This document shows positions 28,373 to 41,050 of a stretch of DNA of 64,000 nt, piece by piece. The stretch comes from Chrysomallon squamiferum (lineage: Eukaryota; Animalia; Mollusca). The translations under genes and the position numbers were made by a program. The stretch covers positions 16,182,001-16,246,000 of the forward strand of contig CM022669.1 of the NCBI GenBank assembly GCA_012295275.1. Direction: 5' to 3'. The notes under the pieces were generated by a model. That model was not told the DNA's origin and ran no database searches. It was given only the letters and a program-made list of their open reading frames with translations. Position 1 is the stretch's first letter; each line of letters starts with the position of its first letter.

Positions 28373-29488
28373 TCACCAGTCTTTTCGAATGTAACATGTA
28401 TGACCGAAGTACCACGAATGAATATCAGGATATACTTTTGGTTTCAAAGTGGGATCATAAAGTTTTTTGCAAAGTTCACAAGCTCCTACATGCCTTTCTC
28501 CAACAGTGTAATAATTTTTCCATTGCAAAAACTCTATAAAGGCTGTGTCATTCTTGTCTAAATAAAGAAGATACTCGGCTAGATATTTGGGACTCTTAAA
28601 ATCTGCTGTATTGATGTAAGATTTTGGTGGTAGAAATTTCGTATAATTCGCGCCACCCCTTACTACTGGCACAATATCTGATCTCATGTAATTATATGTT
28701 TTTTCAGTAACATAATCATAACACAAACTGTTTTCGAAAGCCAAATAAAACTTATAATCCCTCGTGAGCAGTAAATTGCAATTATCTTTAGTTTTATCGC
28801 ATTTTTTATCACCGCATTTTCCATAAATGTCGACAGAAATAAACTTCTTCAACTCGCGGACATATTCTTCACGTCGACTTGGAGTTTTGCAGTTACTAAC
28901 AAACCATGCAGCCAGCTTCGTTTTGTGCTTCACAACGTCTGAAAAATCTAAACTTACGGGACTCTTCCTTCTGTTTATACTTCCATACGGATAAGGAACA
29001 TCAGCATCTAATCTGTACGTCATGGTCCAGTTGAATTTTTCTCTCCATTCCTTGTTTTTGAATTGTTTGCCTGTCGTGTATAACGGAGATTCTATCGTCA
29101 TAAAAACCCATATCTGTCCCGGAGGCTTTCGAGGTGGTAAATCGTGCATGTAACCAGCAGCGTAAAAAATAACCACATCGAAAGCACTGATGTTCTTACC
29201 ATTTTTTTCTAACGTGCATTTCACTGGACAGGAATTCAGTAGGTCTGTTGCTGTGCGAAACCAAGGCCATATTGGATTATTCATAACAATGATTCTTTTG
29301 ACGTTCGTTTCATATGTTCTGATGTTGCTGCTCGGGTAGTAGGGGAAGCTGAGCTTGTCTGACGAATAGAAATGTTCCTGCTTTCGATGCCATGTGATTG
29401 TAACGTCCGAGAGATATTTTACATGCGAAGCGAACCATAATACGATAAGGATACTGAGAAAAATAAGTATCTTTAAAAGTGTTCTCAT
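28373..29488 (-). CDS. GT10 alpha-1,3-fucosyltransferase, copy 6 (intact 371 aa)
   Basis: Anchor MRTLLKILIFLSILIVLWFA, then FNWTMTYRLDAD, AAWFVSNC, YKFYLAFENSLCYDYVTEK and CELC. Acceptor tttcttttgcag lies 7 nt upstream of the ATG; a candidate 5'UTR donor is near 30126. Confidence 0.96.
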   Translation of the reverse strand: MRTLLKILIFLSILIVLWFASHVKYLSDVTITWHRKQEHFYSSDKLSFPYYPSSNIRTYETNVKRIIVMNNPIWPWFRTATDLLNSCPVKCTLEKNGKNISAFDVVIFYAAGYMHDLPPRKPPGQIWVFMTIESPLYTTGKQFKNKEWREKFNWTMTYRLDADVPYPYGSINRRKSPVSLDFSDVVKHKTKLAAWFVSNCKTPSRREEYVRELKKFISVDIYGKCGDKKCDKTKDNCNLLLTRDYKFYLAFENSLCYDYVTEKTYNYMRSDIVPVVRGGANYTKFLPPKSYINTADFKSPKYLAEYLLYLDKNDTAFIEFLQWKNYYTVGERHVGACELCKKLYDPTLKPKVYPDIHSWYFGHTCYIRKDW

Positions 29489-29929
29489 TTCTACACTGCA
29501 AAAGAAATTAAAATAATTTGATTAGTTGGACACAAAATAAGATTAGACTTTTAAGGCAAAGAAAAAAAGAAAAGAAAAAAAGAAAGAAAGACAAAAGTAA
29601 TGCATACACATTATTAAAACAGATAACTATCGTGCAGATGACATGCACTGACGATCAGTCATTATTTTGAAGTTAATTTTAATATAATATTAAGACAGTT
29701 AGTGTTAACGAACTTTATGTTTTCATTCACATTTTTATTATTTCGAAACAAAATAGAATTTATTTTGTAAGCTTGAAACCAAACACGATGTAATAACCAG
29801 TTTAAAATATTGCATACACCCAAATATTTAATTTCTATTGATGAAATTAAACTATAAGAAAAGAAAAGAAAAAACAACAACAGACAAACAGAGAAAACAA
29901 AAACGAACAATGAAAACAAAAACATGGTG

Positions 29930-29980
29930 TCAAGAAAAGGTTAAAACATATATCAAGAAAAGGTTAAAACATATATCAAG
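29930..29980. repeat. 23-bp tandem repeat
   Basis: tcaagaaaaggttaaaacatata occurs twice, plus a partial third unit. Confidence 0.85.
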
Positions 29981-30486
29981 AGTTAGACCAAATTACTAAT
30001 TTTTATATGAATTTATCCGCTGTTCGGGTCAATATTGAGATAAAGCAAATGATTATTTATTAATAAATAAATATATTAATTATATAGAAAAGAAAAAGGA
30101 ATGATAGAAATAAAAGTATAACTTACCAGTTGTGAAAATAAAACAACTCGGAGAAAACGTCCTGTGTTTTGATAAATCAAATTAACTCACGCAGTGACTA
30201 AAACAACAATTCCTCTCCGCTGGCTAGCTGTTACCAGTAATAAAAGATTTGAAGTCAATGTTTGTTTCACAGCTGAATGATTTTAAATGTTACAAGGTAA
30301 TATCTGTATCTATATCTGTATCTGCATTGAAACAAGTGAGGTAAATGCCTCATACCGAAATAGACGATTTAAAAAATATATATAAATGTCAATTCTATCG
30401 ACATCTTTGCGATGAAAGACATAACTGCTTTTGCCTCATTTAAAAAAGAGTCTAGTTACGGCCACGTGTGCATGTGTGTGTGTGTT

Positions 30487-30487
<1 letters not shown>

Positions 30488-30570
<83 letters not shown>
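30488..30570. repeat. (AG)n microsatellite
   Basis: Pure AG run. Confidence 0.95.
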
Positions 30571-30573
<3 letters not shown>

Positions 30574-31289
30574 GGTGAGGGAGACAGACAGACATTGATG
30601 AACAAAACATATATGTTTTTTCAATTAAATATTATGATCAGACGCATAACTCGAAGAAAAGATGAATAAACTTGGTGAAATTGATTTTATATTACATCTG
30701 CAAACACTGGGATGACATATAAATAAGAAAATACGTAATAAGAGAAGGTTAAAAACCTTAGCCTATAGAAACGAACAATGCAGTAAAGATCAGAGGTAAT
30801 CACGAAGTAAAATAAATGATAGTGTACAGTCGTTTGAAGACTGTCAGCTGTTTAACTGGGTTTTAAGTTGGCCAGTAATCTGAACATCGAGAAACGACGC
30901 TGAGTGGGTTGGGTGCTGTAAACACTGTTTGTGTACCAACCTTTATTATTTTGCTGTATAATTCATTCTCACTGTTCTTACATGACCAGTATAAAATTTT
31001 ATTTAGGGGATGGCAATCTTCAAAATTATTTAAAAAGGAGCGCCCAAAAATCAATGGATAAATGAATGAATTAACGAAAGAATGAATTAATAAGAGCAAA
31101 TTAAAAAAAAAAAAATAAAAGATCAAAAATAAAAAAAAATCATTAAGAATCGAATATAAATGGATAAAAAAGCCTTCAAAATAACAACAGCTGAATTTTT
31201 ATTTTTATTTTTCTATTTTTTTTATTTATTTTTTATTTTATTTTACTTGTTATAGCAAATATAATTCCTGATTAAATGACAACTAGGCA

Positions 31290-31535
31290 TATCTGCAGAT
31301 CAGTGGTTACACTTCAGGTCCTATGCAGGAGAGATCGAGTGATCAAACCACCTCACTGAAACCCGGACAACATTTTTTTTCACGATCCAGCCAGCACCGT
31401 TGAATGTACTTTCTTGTTACTGAAAAACAGTGACTAATCGTTTGGCATATTTTCTCTCTGGTTGTCTTCAGTTCAATTTTTTACACAAAATAATGCTTAA
31501 ATGAAATATGTGCTGATGGCATTATTAAATAAAAA
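31290..31535 (+). mobile_element. Degenerate tRNA-derived SINE-like remnant
   Basis: A-box-like tcagtggtt and B-box-like gatcaaacc, an internal tccagccag, and a 3' end atatgtgctgatggcattattaaataaaa reminiscent of invertebrate SINE tails. This is pattern recognition only. Confidence 0.35.
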
Positions 31536-32951
31536 TTAATATCTGACAGTTTTTCTTCTTATTATTCTTTCTACACGTCAAAACGATGTATTACGTAACT
31601 TTGCGACGTTTCCAATTAATTTCAGTTTCGAGATGTCTTCATTGCAAAATCATCAGGAAATGTGTCACCCAAAGTCAGGGAATAATGTCAGATACTCAGA
31701 TCAGTGGAATCCAAGACAGTCGATTTCTTGAAGATTTACTTGTGGTAGTTTAATTCTCAAAGCCTTCTAAAAACACGCATGTATTAGGGTGGCCAGAGAA
31801 AGAACTCACTGAACTTTTAACATGCAATATATTAATTTAAGAAAAAAATTAAAAAATTAAAAAATAAATAAATAAATAATAATATACATCCATACATTAA
31901 AAAAATTTTGATATTGGCCTTTGTAAAAACTACCAGATCTAGTAACTTAGGATTGTGTCCTGTTTTGGAGAATGTGCATATCTTTAAAAACGAAGTTAAT
32001 TTTTTTTTTTTTTTTTTTCTTTCGCTTACATACCCTACTGAACAAGGATTTCTTAGCTCGCTCTCTTGGGAGATCTTTGTATTTAGGATACGTTGGTTAT
32101 GACATTTGACAACGACTATTAATTTGCATAGCAAACAAAACAAGACAAAACAAACAAACGAACGAAATAAAAGCAAACACACACCAGTAGTATAAGTTTT
32201 ATATATGATATGCCCTGCCTGCGTGTGTCATACGTAATCTCGAACACTGTAGGCCACAGAGATAATCACTAAAGCGAAACATTCCTTTTAAATATGTGAT
32301 TCACGTTTACAAGTGAGATGACATCCTTGTTTATTTTCTGATGCTAACAACAATTTTTTTTAATTAATAATATTTAATAAATAATAATTAATAATATGTC
32401 GAAATACCTGGGGGGGGGGAAGAAAGAAAATAAAATGAAATTTACTGCTAATAAAGGGTGGAAAAATAATAAAAAATCAGTATCGATATAGCAATACATG
32501 TAAAATCTGTCCTTTGTTTTTCGGTTAGAATTAGACGTCAACCGGAGAAAAATGACTTTAACAGAATATTTATATTCTCAATTATATATTTATGAAAACA
32601 GAAACATTCTTTTGTACGGCGATGTGGTTGTCACATAGAAAAGAGGGTGTGTAATGTAACTGAGTGAAGAATTAACGTGCTGACCAGAGCAAGCTGGTGT
32701 AAAACACGCCAGCACCAAACCAAATAGCATTAGCAGCAATGAAAACAGTTTTCTAATTAGATGAGAAAAACATTTTTAATTTTTGGAGTGAGTAACTGTC
32801 CAGTGGGCTTACTACATACACATACATACATACATACATACACACACACATATATACACACACACACACACATACATACATACATACATACATACGTATA
32901 TGCAATACTCATAGAAAAATCTCGAAATGAACACATTTAACAGCAATAAGT

Positions 32952-32987
<36 letters not shown>

Positions 32988-33024
32988 GTAATAATAATAA
33001 TGACAACCATAACAATAATAAATA

Positions 33025-33055
<31 letters not shown>

Positions 33056-33159
33056 TAAGACGAAGAAGAAGAAGAAGAAGAAGAAGAAGAAGAAGAAGAA
33101 GAAGAAAACAAAATACAAGCAAGAAAAAATAACTAGATCATGCAATTTTTCAAGACACG

Positions 33160-34439
33160 TTAACTTTCTACGTCTGTTTTTATTTCTTTTAAATCGCTGG
33201 GTAGGTGGCACGTATTTTCATAAAACCACGAATGTATGTCAGGATACACTTTCTCTTGTACGGATGGATCATTCAGTTTCTTGCACACTTCACATATTCC
33301 AATATGCCTCCTGCCAAAATAGTAATGATTTCTCCATTGGAAATACTCCAAATAAGCGGTGTCATTTTTGTCCAAATATGCAAGATATTCAGCCAAGATG
33401 TTTCGGGCTTTTAAAATCTGCCGTGTTGATGTAAGACATCGGAGGAAGATATTTGGAATAGTTTGCTCCACCCCTAACCACAGGAACAATGAGAGCATGC
33501 ATGTTGAGAAACGCCTTTTCCGTGATGTAATCGACACAGAAACTGTTTTCAAACGACATATAGAACTTGTAATCCCTCGAAAGCATGTTAAGACATACAG
33601 AACGATTCTTCCAGCTGCACTTGTGATTTCCACATTTTCCAAACACGTCGACGTTAAACGTTTTATTTAATTCACGAATGTACGTCTCTCGTTGACTTGG
33701 CGTTATACAGTTACTCACAAACCACGCTGCTTTCTTTGTTTTGTTCTTGATCACCGACGTGAAAGTATTGCGGTTGGGTTTCTTCAGTTTTGTTATGTTC
33801 CCGTGCAAATAAGGAATTTCCGAATCCGTTCTGTACGTCATAGTCCAGTTTATTTTGTAATGCCATTCCGTTCCGTTGAACTCTTTTCCCCAAGTGTAAT
33901 ACGGAGTTTCCATTGAGAAAAATACCCACACTTGGCCCTGTTTCTTTGGTGGCGGATAATCGTCTGGAAAGTGAACGGCGTAGAATATAACAGCATCAAA
34001 ATCGCTGAGATTCTCTGCAGTTTTCATCAAAGTACAATTGGCTGGACAGGATTTCAGCTCGTTAAGAGCCATTTTGAACCATGGCCAACGTGGATTGTTC
34101 TTGAGAAAAATTAGTTTTCTCTTGCCTTGAATTTCTTTCAGTTTTTCGTTTCTGGCGACAAAATGCCGTTTGTTAACAGTGGAAGATTTGGTGACCACAA
34201 CTATTGATTTCACTTTTCCATAGTGAAATGAAGGTAACTTAGGCCTGTATGTCGAATGATCGTTAAGTATGGCCACATAGTTTAAATGTCTCAGTGAAAA
34301 TAGGTCAGCGTTCCCTCTCAAGATCACTTTAAATCCTGGCATGACGTGTTGCATTGAATACAGCCACCAAAGGAAAGAGCAAATTCCAAGAAATAGAACA
34401 ATGGTACGAATTTTTCTGATTCCAATTACTCGACAGGCC
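33160..34439 (-). pseudogene. GT10 fucosyltransferase copy 7 with one +1 frameshift
   Basis: ORF 33389-34354 (motif YKFYMSFENSFCVDYITEK) and the C-terminal part of ORF 33160-33642 join if one base at about 33391-33394 is removed (CTTGGCTGAA vs CTTGGCGAA in copy 8). The frame extends up to acceptor tttgcag|G GCC TGT at 34439. Confidence 0.85.
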
Positions 34440-35162
34440 CTGCAAATATAAATGTAAATATTTATTATTAAATCTGGCCATAGTGATTACGTTTACAATT
34501 GATAGTTGCTTTGTTATTAAACATTCTGTTAATAGTAACTGAAGATACGAAGATATAATAATTATAGAAATATTAATTTATTGCTAGATGCAACAAAATA
34601 TAGTAACATTGCTACAGTTAATGAAATACATAGATTCTTAAATAGTCAGTCTTAACATCACGAAGTTAGATCCTGTTATTCAAAAGGTGGAATTCGATAC
34701 TTTGGTGCAGTGCACATTCTGAATAGTTCATTGTTCGGGTAGAGGTGAAGTTTCTTTTTCTATCGCTGACAAAGGTAAACGGGTTATTTATTTATTTCAG
34801 ATGTAAGGAGTCTATTCTGACATGGGAATGAAAGACATTCAGCGCACAAGCTAACTAGGCCTTTTATGCAGTGAGAGCGATGCTTTTGTGACATCATCTT
34901 TTGAACGAAGTAATCAAATAACAGAAGACAACCGGTTTTTATATTTGCTACAAATCTAGCATAAATCAAACTTTATAACAAAAATAATAAATAGAAAAAG
35001 TTGTTTATTGGGTGATATATTTTTTAAAATATTTGTACCTTAAATATTTGTCAAGAATATTATTTGCATAAAATAAAAGAACAATATGTAATTTTCCCTT
35101 AACAACGAATTTTAAGTTTAAACTGTTGTGTGTATGCCTTTATCTGAGAGTGTGAGCTTCTA

Positions 35163-35198
<36 letters not shown>

Positions 35199-35359
35199 GT
35201 GTGTGTTCTTTTTGCATCATAAACTGATTTACAAACTAAGATCAATCAAACAGTTTTATTTCATAGTTGTCAGTGATAGATCTAGAAACAAGTTTATAAA
35301 ATGTTATAACAAATAATAAAAAATAAAAGTTTAATCGCCCAATTTATAACAGTACTTAC

Positions 35360-35389
35360 ATTTTCAGTCATTTAAAGGCAATTCACGAA
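35360..35389 (-). other. Probable leader exon of copy 7 ending in the first two bases of the start codon (AT|gtaagt)
   Basis: Minus strand ...aaatgactgaaaAT|GTAAGTACTG spliced to G at 34439 gives ATG GCC TGT CGA. There is an in-frame TGA just upstream. The exon 5' end is approximate. Confidence 0.55.
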
Positions 35390-35519
35390 CTGAATCAAAC
35401 ACAAGCACCTCAGGGTGGAGTTAACAAGAGAACACTTACTTATATGTTAAATATAATATGTCCACATGAGTCAAGTCTAAGGACGTGGTGGAAACACCCA
35501 ATACTGACTATTAACAGGT

Positions 35520-36190
35520 TCAGAGCCGTGTTGTCCACATTCAGACGAGTTAAATGACCAGAAAAACCATAGCTGTAAGCTGTTTGTTAAACGCTGAGTA
35601 TTATCTCCCTTGTTCAGGTGTTAACACAAACTAACAATATCTCCGTCTTGTTATCGCAAATCCTTCTTTTTTTTCTAGTTTCTTTCGTTTCTTTTTTTCT
35701 TTTTGTTTTGTTTGTTTGTTTGTTTCTTTTTCCTTTTCCGTGTTCAGTAATTACTATCTACTGCGATCAGAAATAGTTCTTAAAATTTTAAAAATATTTT
35801 ATGTATTCTCGCTAATACAAGATGGCGTTCCCGAGTCTGAGTGACAAAAGGAGGTGCTTTGCAATTTTGTCTTCTTTTTTTTTTTTTTTTTTTCTTCTTC
35901 TTTTTGTTGGTGTTTATTTCATGTTATTAACTCAAGTAACCGCTTATCTGTTTTTGGAGTAGTTGAACTGTGACGCCATATCGTGAGAGATTTTGCATTG
36001 CTCTCTTCTTAATGTTCAATAGAGTGTCTTTTTAATTTATTTATTTATTACCTGTTTTTATTATTATTATTATTATTATTTTTTTTTTTTTTTTTTTTTT
36101 CTTCTATTTTTTGAATTTTTTAACTGCAGCATTTCTTAACTGGTTAAATGCTGACATGTTTAACAATGGATTAAAACGGTCTTACAGTGC

Positions 36191-36228
<38 letters not shown>

Positions 36229-36240
36229 CCAATTACTAAA
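35520..36240 (-). promoter_or_regulatory. Third copy of the upstream module, in front of the copy 7 leader exon
   Basis: cacattcagacgagttaaatgacca, ttatcgcaa and tgacgccatatcgtga are collinear with 25540-26180. Confidence 0.55.
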
Positions 36241-36252
36241 TAATAATAATAA

Positions 36253-36283
<31 letters not shown>

Positions 36284-36312
36284 AAGAACAGGTACTGAAA
36301 AGCGCCTCTATT

Positions 36313-37273
36313 TTTAACTTGCCATACTCTTTTGATGTATTTTCACTGGTTTTTGAACGCTTGATTTATTCGCTGTTTGATGTCCTGTCTGCATACAAAA
36401 CGCATGAATGGAAAATGTTGCCTCGTATTGTGGCAAAAAAAAGCATTTAATTTCAGTTGGAAGTGTTTTCGGGTAGCCGCCACCTCGTTATTTTTATTTC
36501 TTTTTACAAAAGTATGTCGCGTGAACATCGTTCATACGCAACGATTAGCGCTCACGAGGTCAACTCACGTAGCCATTTTCTTGCTAACAGACTTGACAAC
36601 GCACAAGCCCAAAATGTAAAACTCGTGATGAAAAAATTATTTGAAGTCTTTCGATTATTTTCTAGCAACATATCCCTCACAAAAACATACCGCAAATATG
36701 AGTAATGCGTTCTCATTTTAAAAAAAACTACACAAATGAAGGTTACAGCGGCAGCCACCTGAGCTGAGAATGACGTCACCAGGGCTTGTTTTGGGGGCGG
36801 AGCCATGCGTTAAGTTATAACCAATGAAGCCGGCTCATTTCCAGTACAGAAAGCGACTGATCAAGCTGAGTCTCCTGAATTCTGTTTGATGGTTTATGTT
36901 TGTTAACAAAATTATCGTTCTGATTTTAAACTGGGTTGAAATGATATCGGACTCGGTTACCTATAGGCCTATATTGTCTGACTGTTCCTCCACATATGTT
37001 AATGAATCATCAAAATTATTTAGGCGCATCACTTCTCTGTGCAAAATGTTTGTTACAGACTGTGTGCTGTAGGCTTTCAGCACGAAATATGTGGCGCAAA
37101 TGAATGATTTTTGCTAGATTTCGTTGCACATATCAATGTAAATATACCTCGCAGAGTTACCAAATAAATTAGACTGAATATTTGGAACATATTTGGAAAG
37201 ATATTTTATCAAATGAGCTTTCTCAAAGAACTGGCCCTTAAAAATCCAGATTTCATCAAAATGGCAAGGGTAA
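36313..37273. mobile_element. Possible non-autonomous DNA transposon with degenerate TIRs
   Basis: ttaacttgccatactcttttgatg (from 36314) vs the reverse complement of catcaaaatggcaagggtaa (37254-37273). The interior is richer in GC and CpG than the flanks. Confidence 0.3.
36771..36825. promoter_or_regulatory. CRE (TGACGTCA) + GC box (GGGGCGGAGC) + CCAAT cluster
   Basis: Three consensus motifs lie within 55 bp in an otherwise AT-rich window. Confidence 0.4.
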
Positions 37274-38017
37274 GCAAACGACCACCAAAATATTAAATAT
37301 TACAAAATATTTAACTTTTTGACTGACTACTGTCTTCAAACCTAGCGAAATCGATTTATACTGAATTTAGGGTTAAATAAATTTTCTACACATTAATCAG
37401 CTATTTTATTCAAATATACATTATTTATAATAAAAAAAAAAAAAAAAAAAAAAAATCAAAGAAGGCAAAATCATTACAAATGTACACTTTGTACGTAACA
37501 AAAACCTGTTTCGCTCGAATACGTTCTTCACGAAAGAACGTTTTTGAGCAAAACAGAAACAGAATAAAAAAAAAGAAATCTTTGAAAAGAAAACTTCAAT
37601 GCTAGGTCAAACAGAAACTTCACGAATTAAATTCGAATACAAACTGTAAAATAAACAGTGACGAAACTAAGTGATAAAAGTGTTGCTGGAAGTTGGTTGC
37701 TAAACGGCGAAAGAGATCGTGACCGACACGACGGGCGAGGTCGGTTACTACAATTAGATCGTGAGGGAATTCAATAGCGAGGTCGATGACTGGAATATTC
37801 TGCTGTCAGATTAATCGTAAATCCGTAAGAGTTTCAAACTGTTTTCATACCGCTGCAAGAGCAATTGTAAATATATTAATGTGCGTGGACAACACCACTG
37901 TTATAACAGTGTTAGAGACAAATGAACATAATACATATGTGTCTGTGCGTGTGTGTGTGTGAGGGTGTGTGTTAAAAAAAAAATGCACTGAACACGTGTA
38001 CCGTTAAAATGTCGGTA

Positions 38018-38086
<69 letters not shown>

Positions 38087-38261
38087 TCAAAACCAACACA
38101 TTTAACAACAACACCGACAACAACAACAATAGCAATAATAGTAATAATAACAAATGATGATGATGATGACGATAATAATAATAATAATACTACTAATAAT
38201 AATAATCTTAATAATAATAATAATAATAATAAAACCAGTTCATAAAATTGTTCAGCACACG

Positions 38262-39579
38262 TTAACGTGCTGTTGTTTTTATTTCTTTTAAATCACTGGG
38301 TACGTGACAAACATTTTCATAAAACCACGAATGTATGTCAGGATACACTTTCTCTTGTATGGATGGATCATTCAGTTTCTTGCACACTTCACAAATACCT
38401 ACATGCCTATTCCCGAAAGTATAATGATTTCTCCACTGGAAATACTCTAAATAAGCGGTGTCATTTTTGTCCAAATATGCAAGATATTCGCCAAGATGCT
38501 TCGGGCTTTTAAAATCTGCCGTGTTGATGTAAGACATCGGAGGCAAATATCTGGAATAGTTCGCTGCACCCCTAACCACAGGAACAATGAGAGCGTGCAT
38601 GTTGAGAAAAACCTTTTCCGTGATGTAATCGACACAGAAACTGTTTTCAAACGACATATAGAACTTGTAATCCCTCGAAAGCATTTTAAGACATTCAGAA
38701 CGATTCTGCAAGCTGCACTTGTGATTTCCACATTTTCCGAACACGTCGACGTTAAACGTTTTATTTAATTCACGAATGTACGTCTCTCGTTGACTTGGCG
38801 TTATACAGTTACTCACAAACCACGCTGCTTTCTTTGTTTTGTTCTTGATCACCGACGTGAAATTCCTGCGTGTGGGTTTCTCCATTTTTGTTATGTTCCC
38901 GTGCAAATAAGGAATGTCCGATACCGTTCTGTACGTCATAGTCCAGTTTATTTTGTAATGCCATTCCGTTCCGTTGAACTCCTTCCCACAGGTGTAATAC
39001 GGAGTTTCCATTGAGAAAAATACCCACACTTGGCCCTGTTTCTTTGGTGGCGGATAATCGTCTGGATAGCGGACAGTATGGAATATAACAGCATCAAAAT
39101 CGCTGAGATTCTTTGCAGTTTTCATCAAAGTACAATTGGCTGGACAAGATTTCAGCTCTTTAATTGCCATTCTGAACCATGGCCAACGTGGATTGTTCTT
39201 GATAAAGATTAATTTTCTCTTCCCTGTACTTTCTTTCAACTTTTGGTGTCTTGCAGAAATTTTTTCTTTTCTACTGGTCTTCACTTTTCTGACGAAAAAA
39301 TTTCGTTTAGGAACAATGGAAGATTTGGGAATCGGAAGTAATGTTTTTACTTTTCCAGGATGAACTGAAGGTGACTTAGCTCTGATTATTGAATATTCGT
39401 TATGAAAGGGCTCGTCGTTGAAATGTATCGATGGAGGTATGTCATTGTCCCTACGCAAAACCAAATTCAATCCTTTTGGCAGTTCTTTTGGCAATGAAAG
39501 TAACCAAGAAACGAACGAGAAAATACCAATAAACAGAAGAATCAGACGAATTTTTCTTATTCCAATTACTCGACAGAAC
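38262..39579 (-). CDS. GT10 alpha-1,3-fucosyltransferase, copy 8 (intact frame, long basic stem)
   Basis: ORF 38262-39623 has all GT10 motifs. The exon most likely starts at acceptor tttcag|G TTC TGT CGA (39579), homologous to the copy 7 acceptor. Candidate donor gacaaAT|gtaggt lies at 40135. Confidence 0.94.
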
Positions 39580-39670
39580 CTGAAACCAGAAAAAAATGAA
39601 TATTTGTTATTAATCCTGACCATAATTATTATTAAGTATTCTGTTTGTTTTGTTCTTTTAGTTTGTTTGT

Positions 39671-39701
<31 letters not shown>

Positions 39702-40332
39702 TAATTATCTTCTTCTTATTGTTGTTGAACGAACGAAAGAATGAACGAACCAACCAACCAACAAAGGAACAATAAATAAACTGTAGTAAACATAGTAATA
39801 AAGTTAGTTATGATAGTTGTCTTTATAACTATTGTGCTAGTGACAAAAGTATGGCAGAACAGTATGGGGGACTAACTGTCTATGACCTATGAATTTAGTG
39901 GGAATAGCTACTTTCCCTGGGAGAAGAAAAGGAAACAGTCTGAAAAAAATAATGATGATTTCTTAAGATTATAAAAGCGAAATTATTTAATGTAAAGTTT
40001 TAAAAGGTTTATAGTAAATTCACAAAATTCAGAAAAGAAAAGTAAATAACTGAAACAAATTTTTCTTCTAAATTTATTATATGTATTTTCTTTTATTTAG
40101 CACAGATTATAAGAATACGGAATTAGGGACCTACATTTGTCATCTGGCTTTGCATTCGCTTAAAAATAAGCTACAGTGGTAACACTATTATTCGTTTACT
40201 GTTACGTAGAATTAAAAAGGTATTATTTATTTATTGTTATACAATGAAGTGTCATTTATATATTACTATGCAAAATACAGTATAGTAGAAGTAATGTCTG
40301 TTTGTTGCTATATAAAATAAAATATAATAATA

Positions 40333-41050
40333 CAGTGGTACCTCGAGTTACGAGTGCTCCAAATTACGAGTTTTCCGAGTTACGAGCCGATGCCCGGTTG
40401 AATTTTTGCTTTGAATTGCGAGCCAAAATCCGAGATACGAGCTAGTTGGCGCAACGAACAACACAACATCTGCCCAGCATTCGGCGTCTCACTCGTTTGC
40501 TTCACGTGGAAACACTTCTGTTGTGTTACGGTCGCGTTTTGTGCAGTATTTTGCCAAATTTCCATGGATCCTAAGAAAGTGAGTGCAAAGGACAGTGCTG
40601 AGAAGAAGCTGATGATAGCATGAAATCCTAGAAAAACATGAGCGAGGTGTGCGTGTAGTCAACATGGGTACGCAGTACGAGCGTAGTACTTTTACGATAT
40701 GTACCGTACTGAAGTAGAAGGAGTCTATAAAGGCTGTAACTCCAGCCAAAGGCCTTAAAATACATTTCTAAACAGCGGACCTCTGTCCATGAAAAGATGG
40801 AGAAACGCTAACCCTGCACTCTTTACAAAACCAGTTTATTTCTTTATATTCTTTTTTATTTTGTTTTTATACAATATTTTTCATTTATACAGACAATTTT
40901 CTTATTTAAAAACACGTTACAAAAAACTGGGGTGGTTTTGGGGAGCTGGAATGGATTAACAGTATTTCAGTTCATTTCATTTGGGAAAGTTGATTTGATA
41001 TACGAGCTTGGTCACGGAACGAATTAAACTCGTAAATCAAGATACCACTG
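40333..41050 (+). mobile_element. Internally deleted Tigger/pogo-type (Tc1/mariner superfamily) DNA transposon
   Basis: Imperfect TIRs TA|CAGTGGTACCTCGAGTTACGAG ... CTCGTAAATCAAGATACCACTG|CA. An internal disrupted transposase N-terminus reads MDPKKVSAKDSAEKK...EILEKHERGVRVVNMGTQYERSTFTICTVLK*KESIKAVTPAKG, resembling a CENP-B/psq-type HTH. Confidence 0.88.

Noticed and set aside
37680-37870. GC-richer patch downstream of copy 8 as a possible retroelement fragment
   Set aside because: Too short, with no ORF, terminal repeat or motif I can support.
33205-39363. Recurrent antisense or alternative-frame ORFs conserved between copies 7 and 8 (and between 1 and 3)
   Set aside because: Their conservation simply mirrors the near-identity of the overlapping FucT exons.
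39580-39623. N-terminal extension MVRINNKYSFFSGFR of the 453-aa ORF
   Set aside because: It overlaps a pyrimidine tract and tttcag acceptor positioned exactly as in copies 7 and 9, so it is most likely intronic. Not fully excluded.
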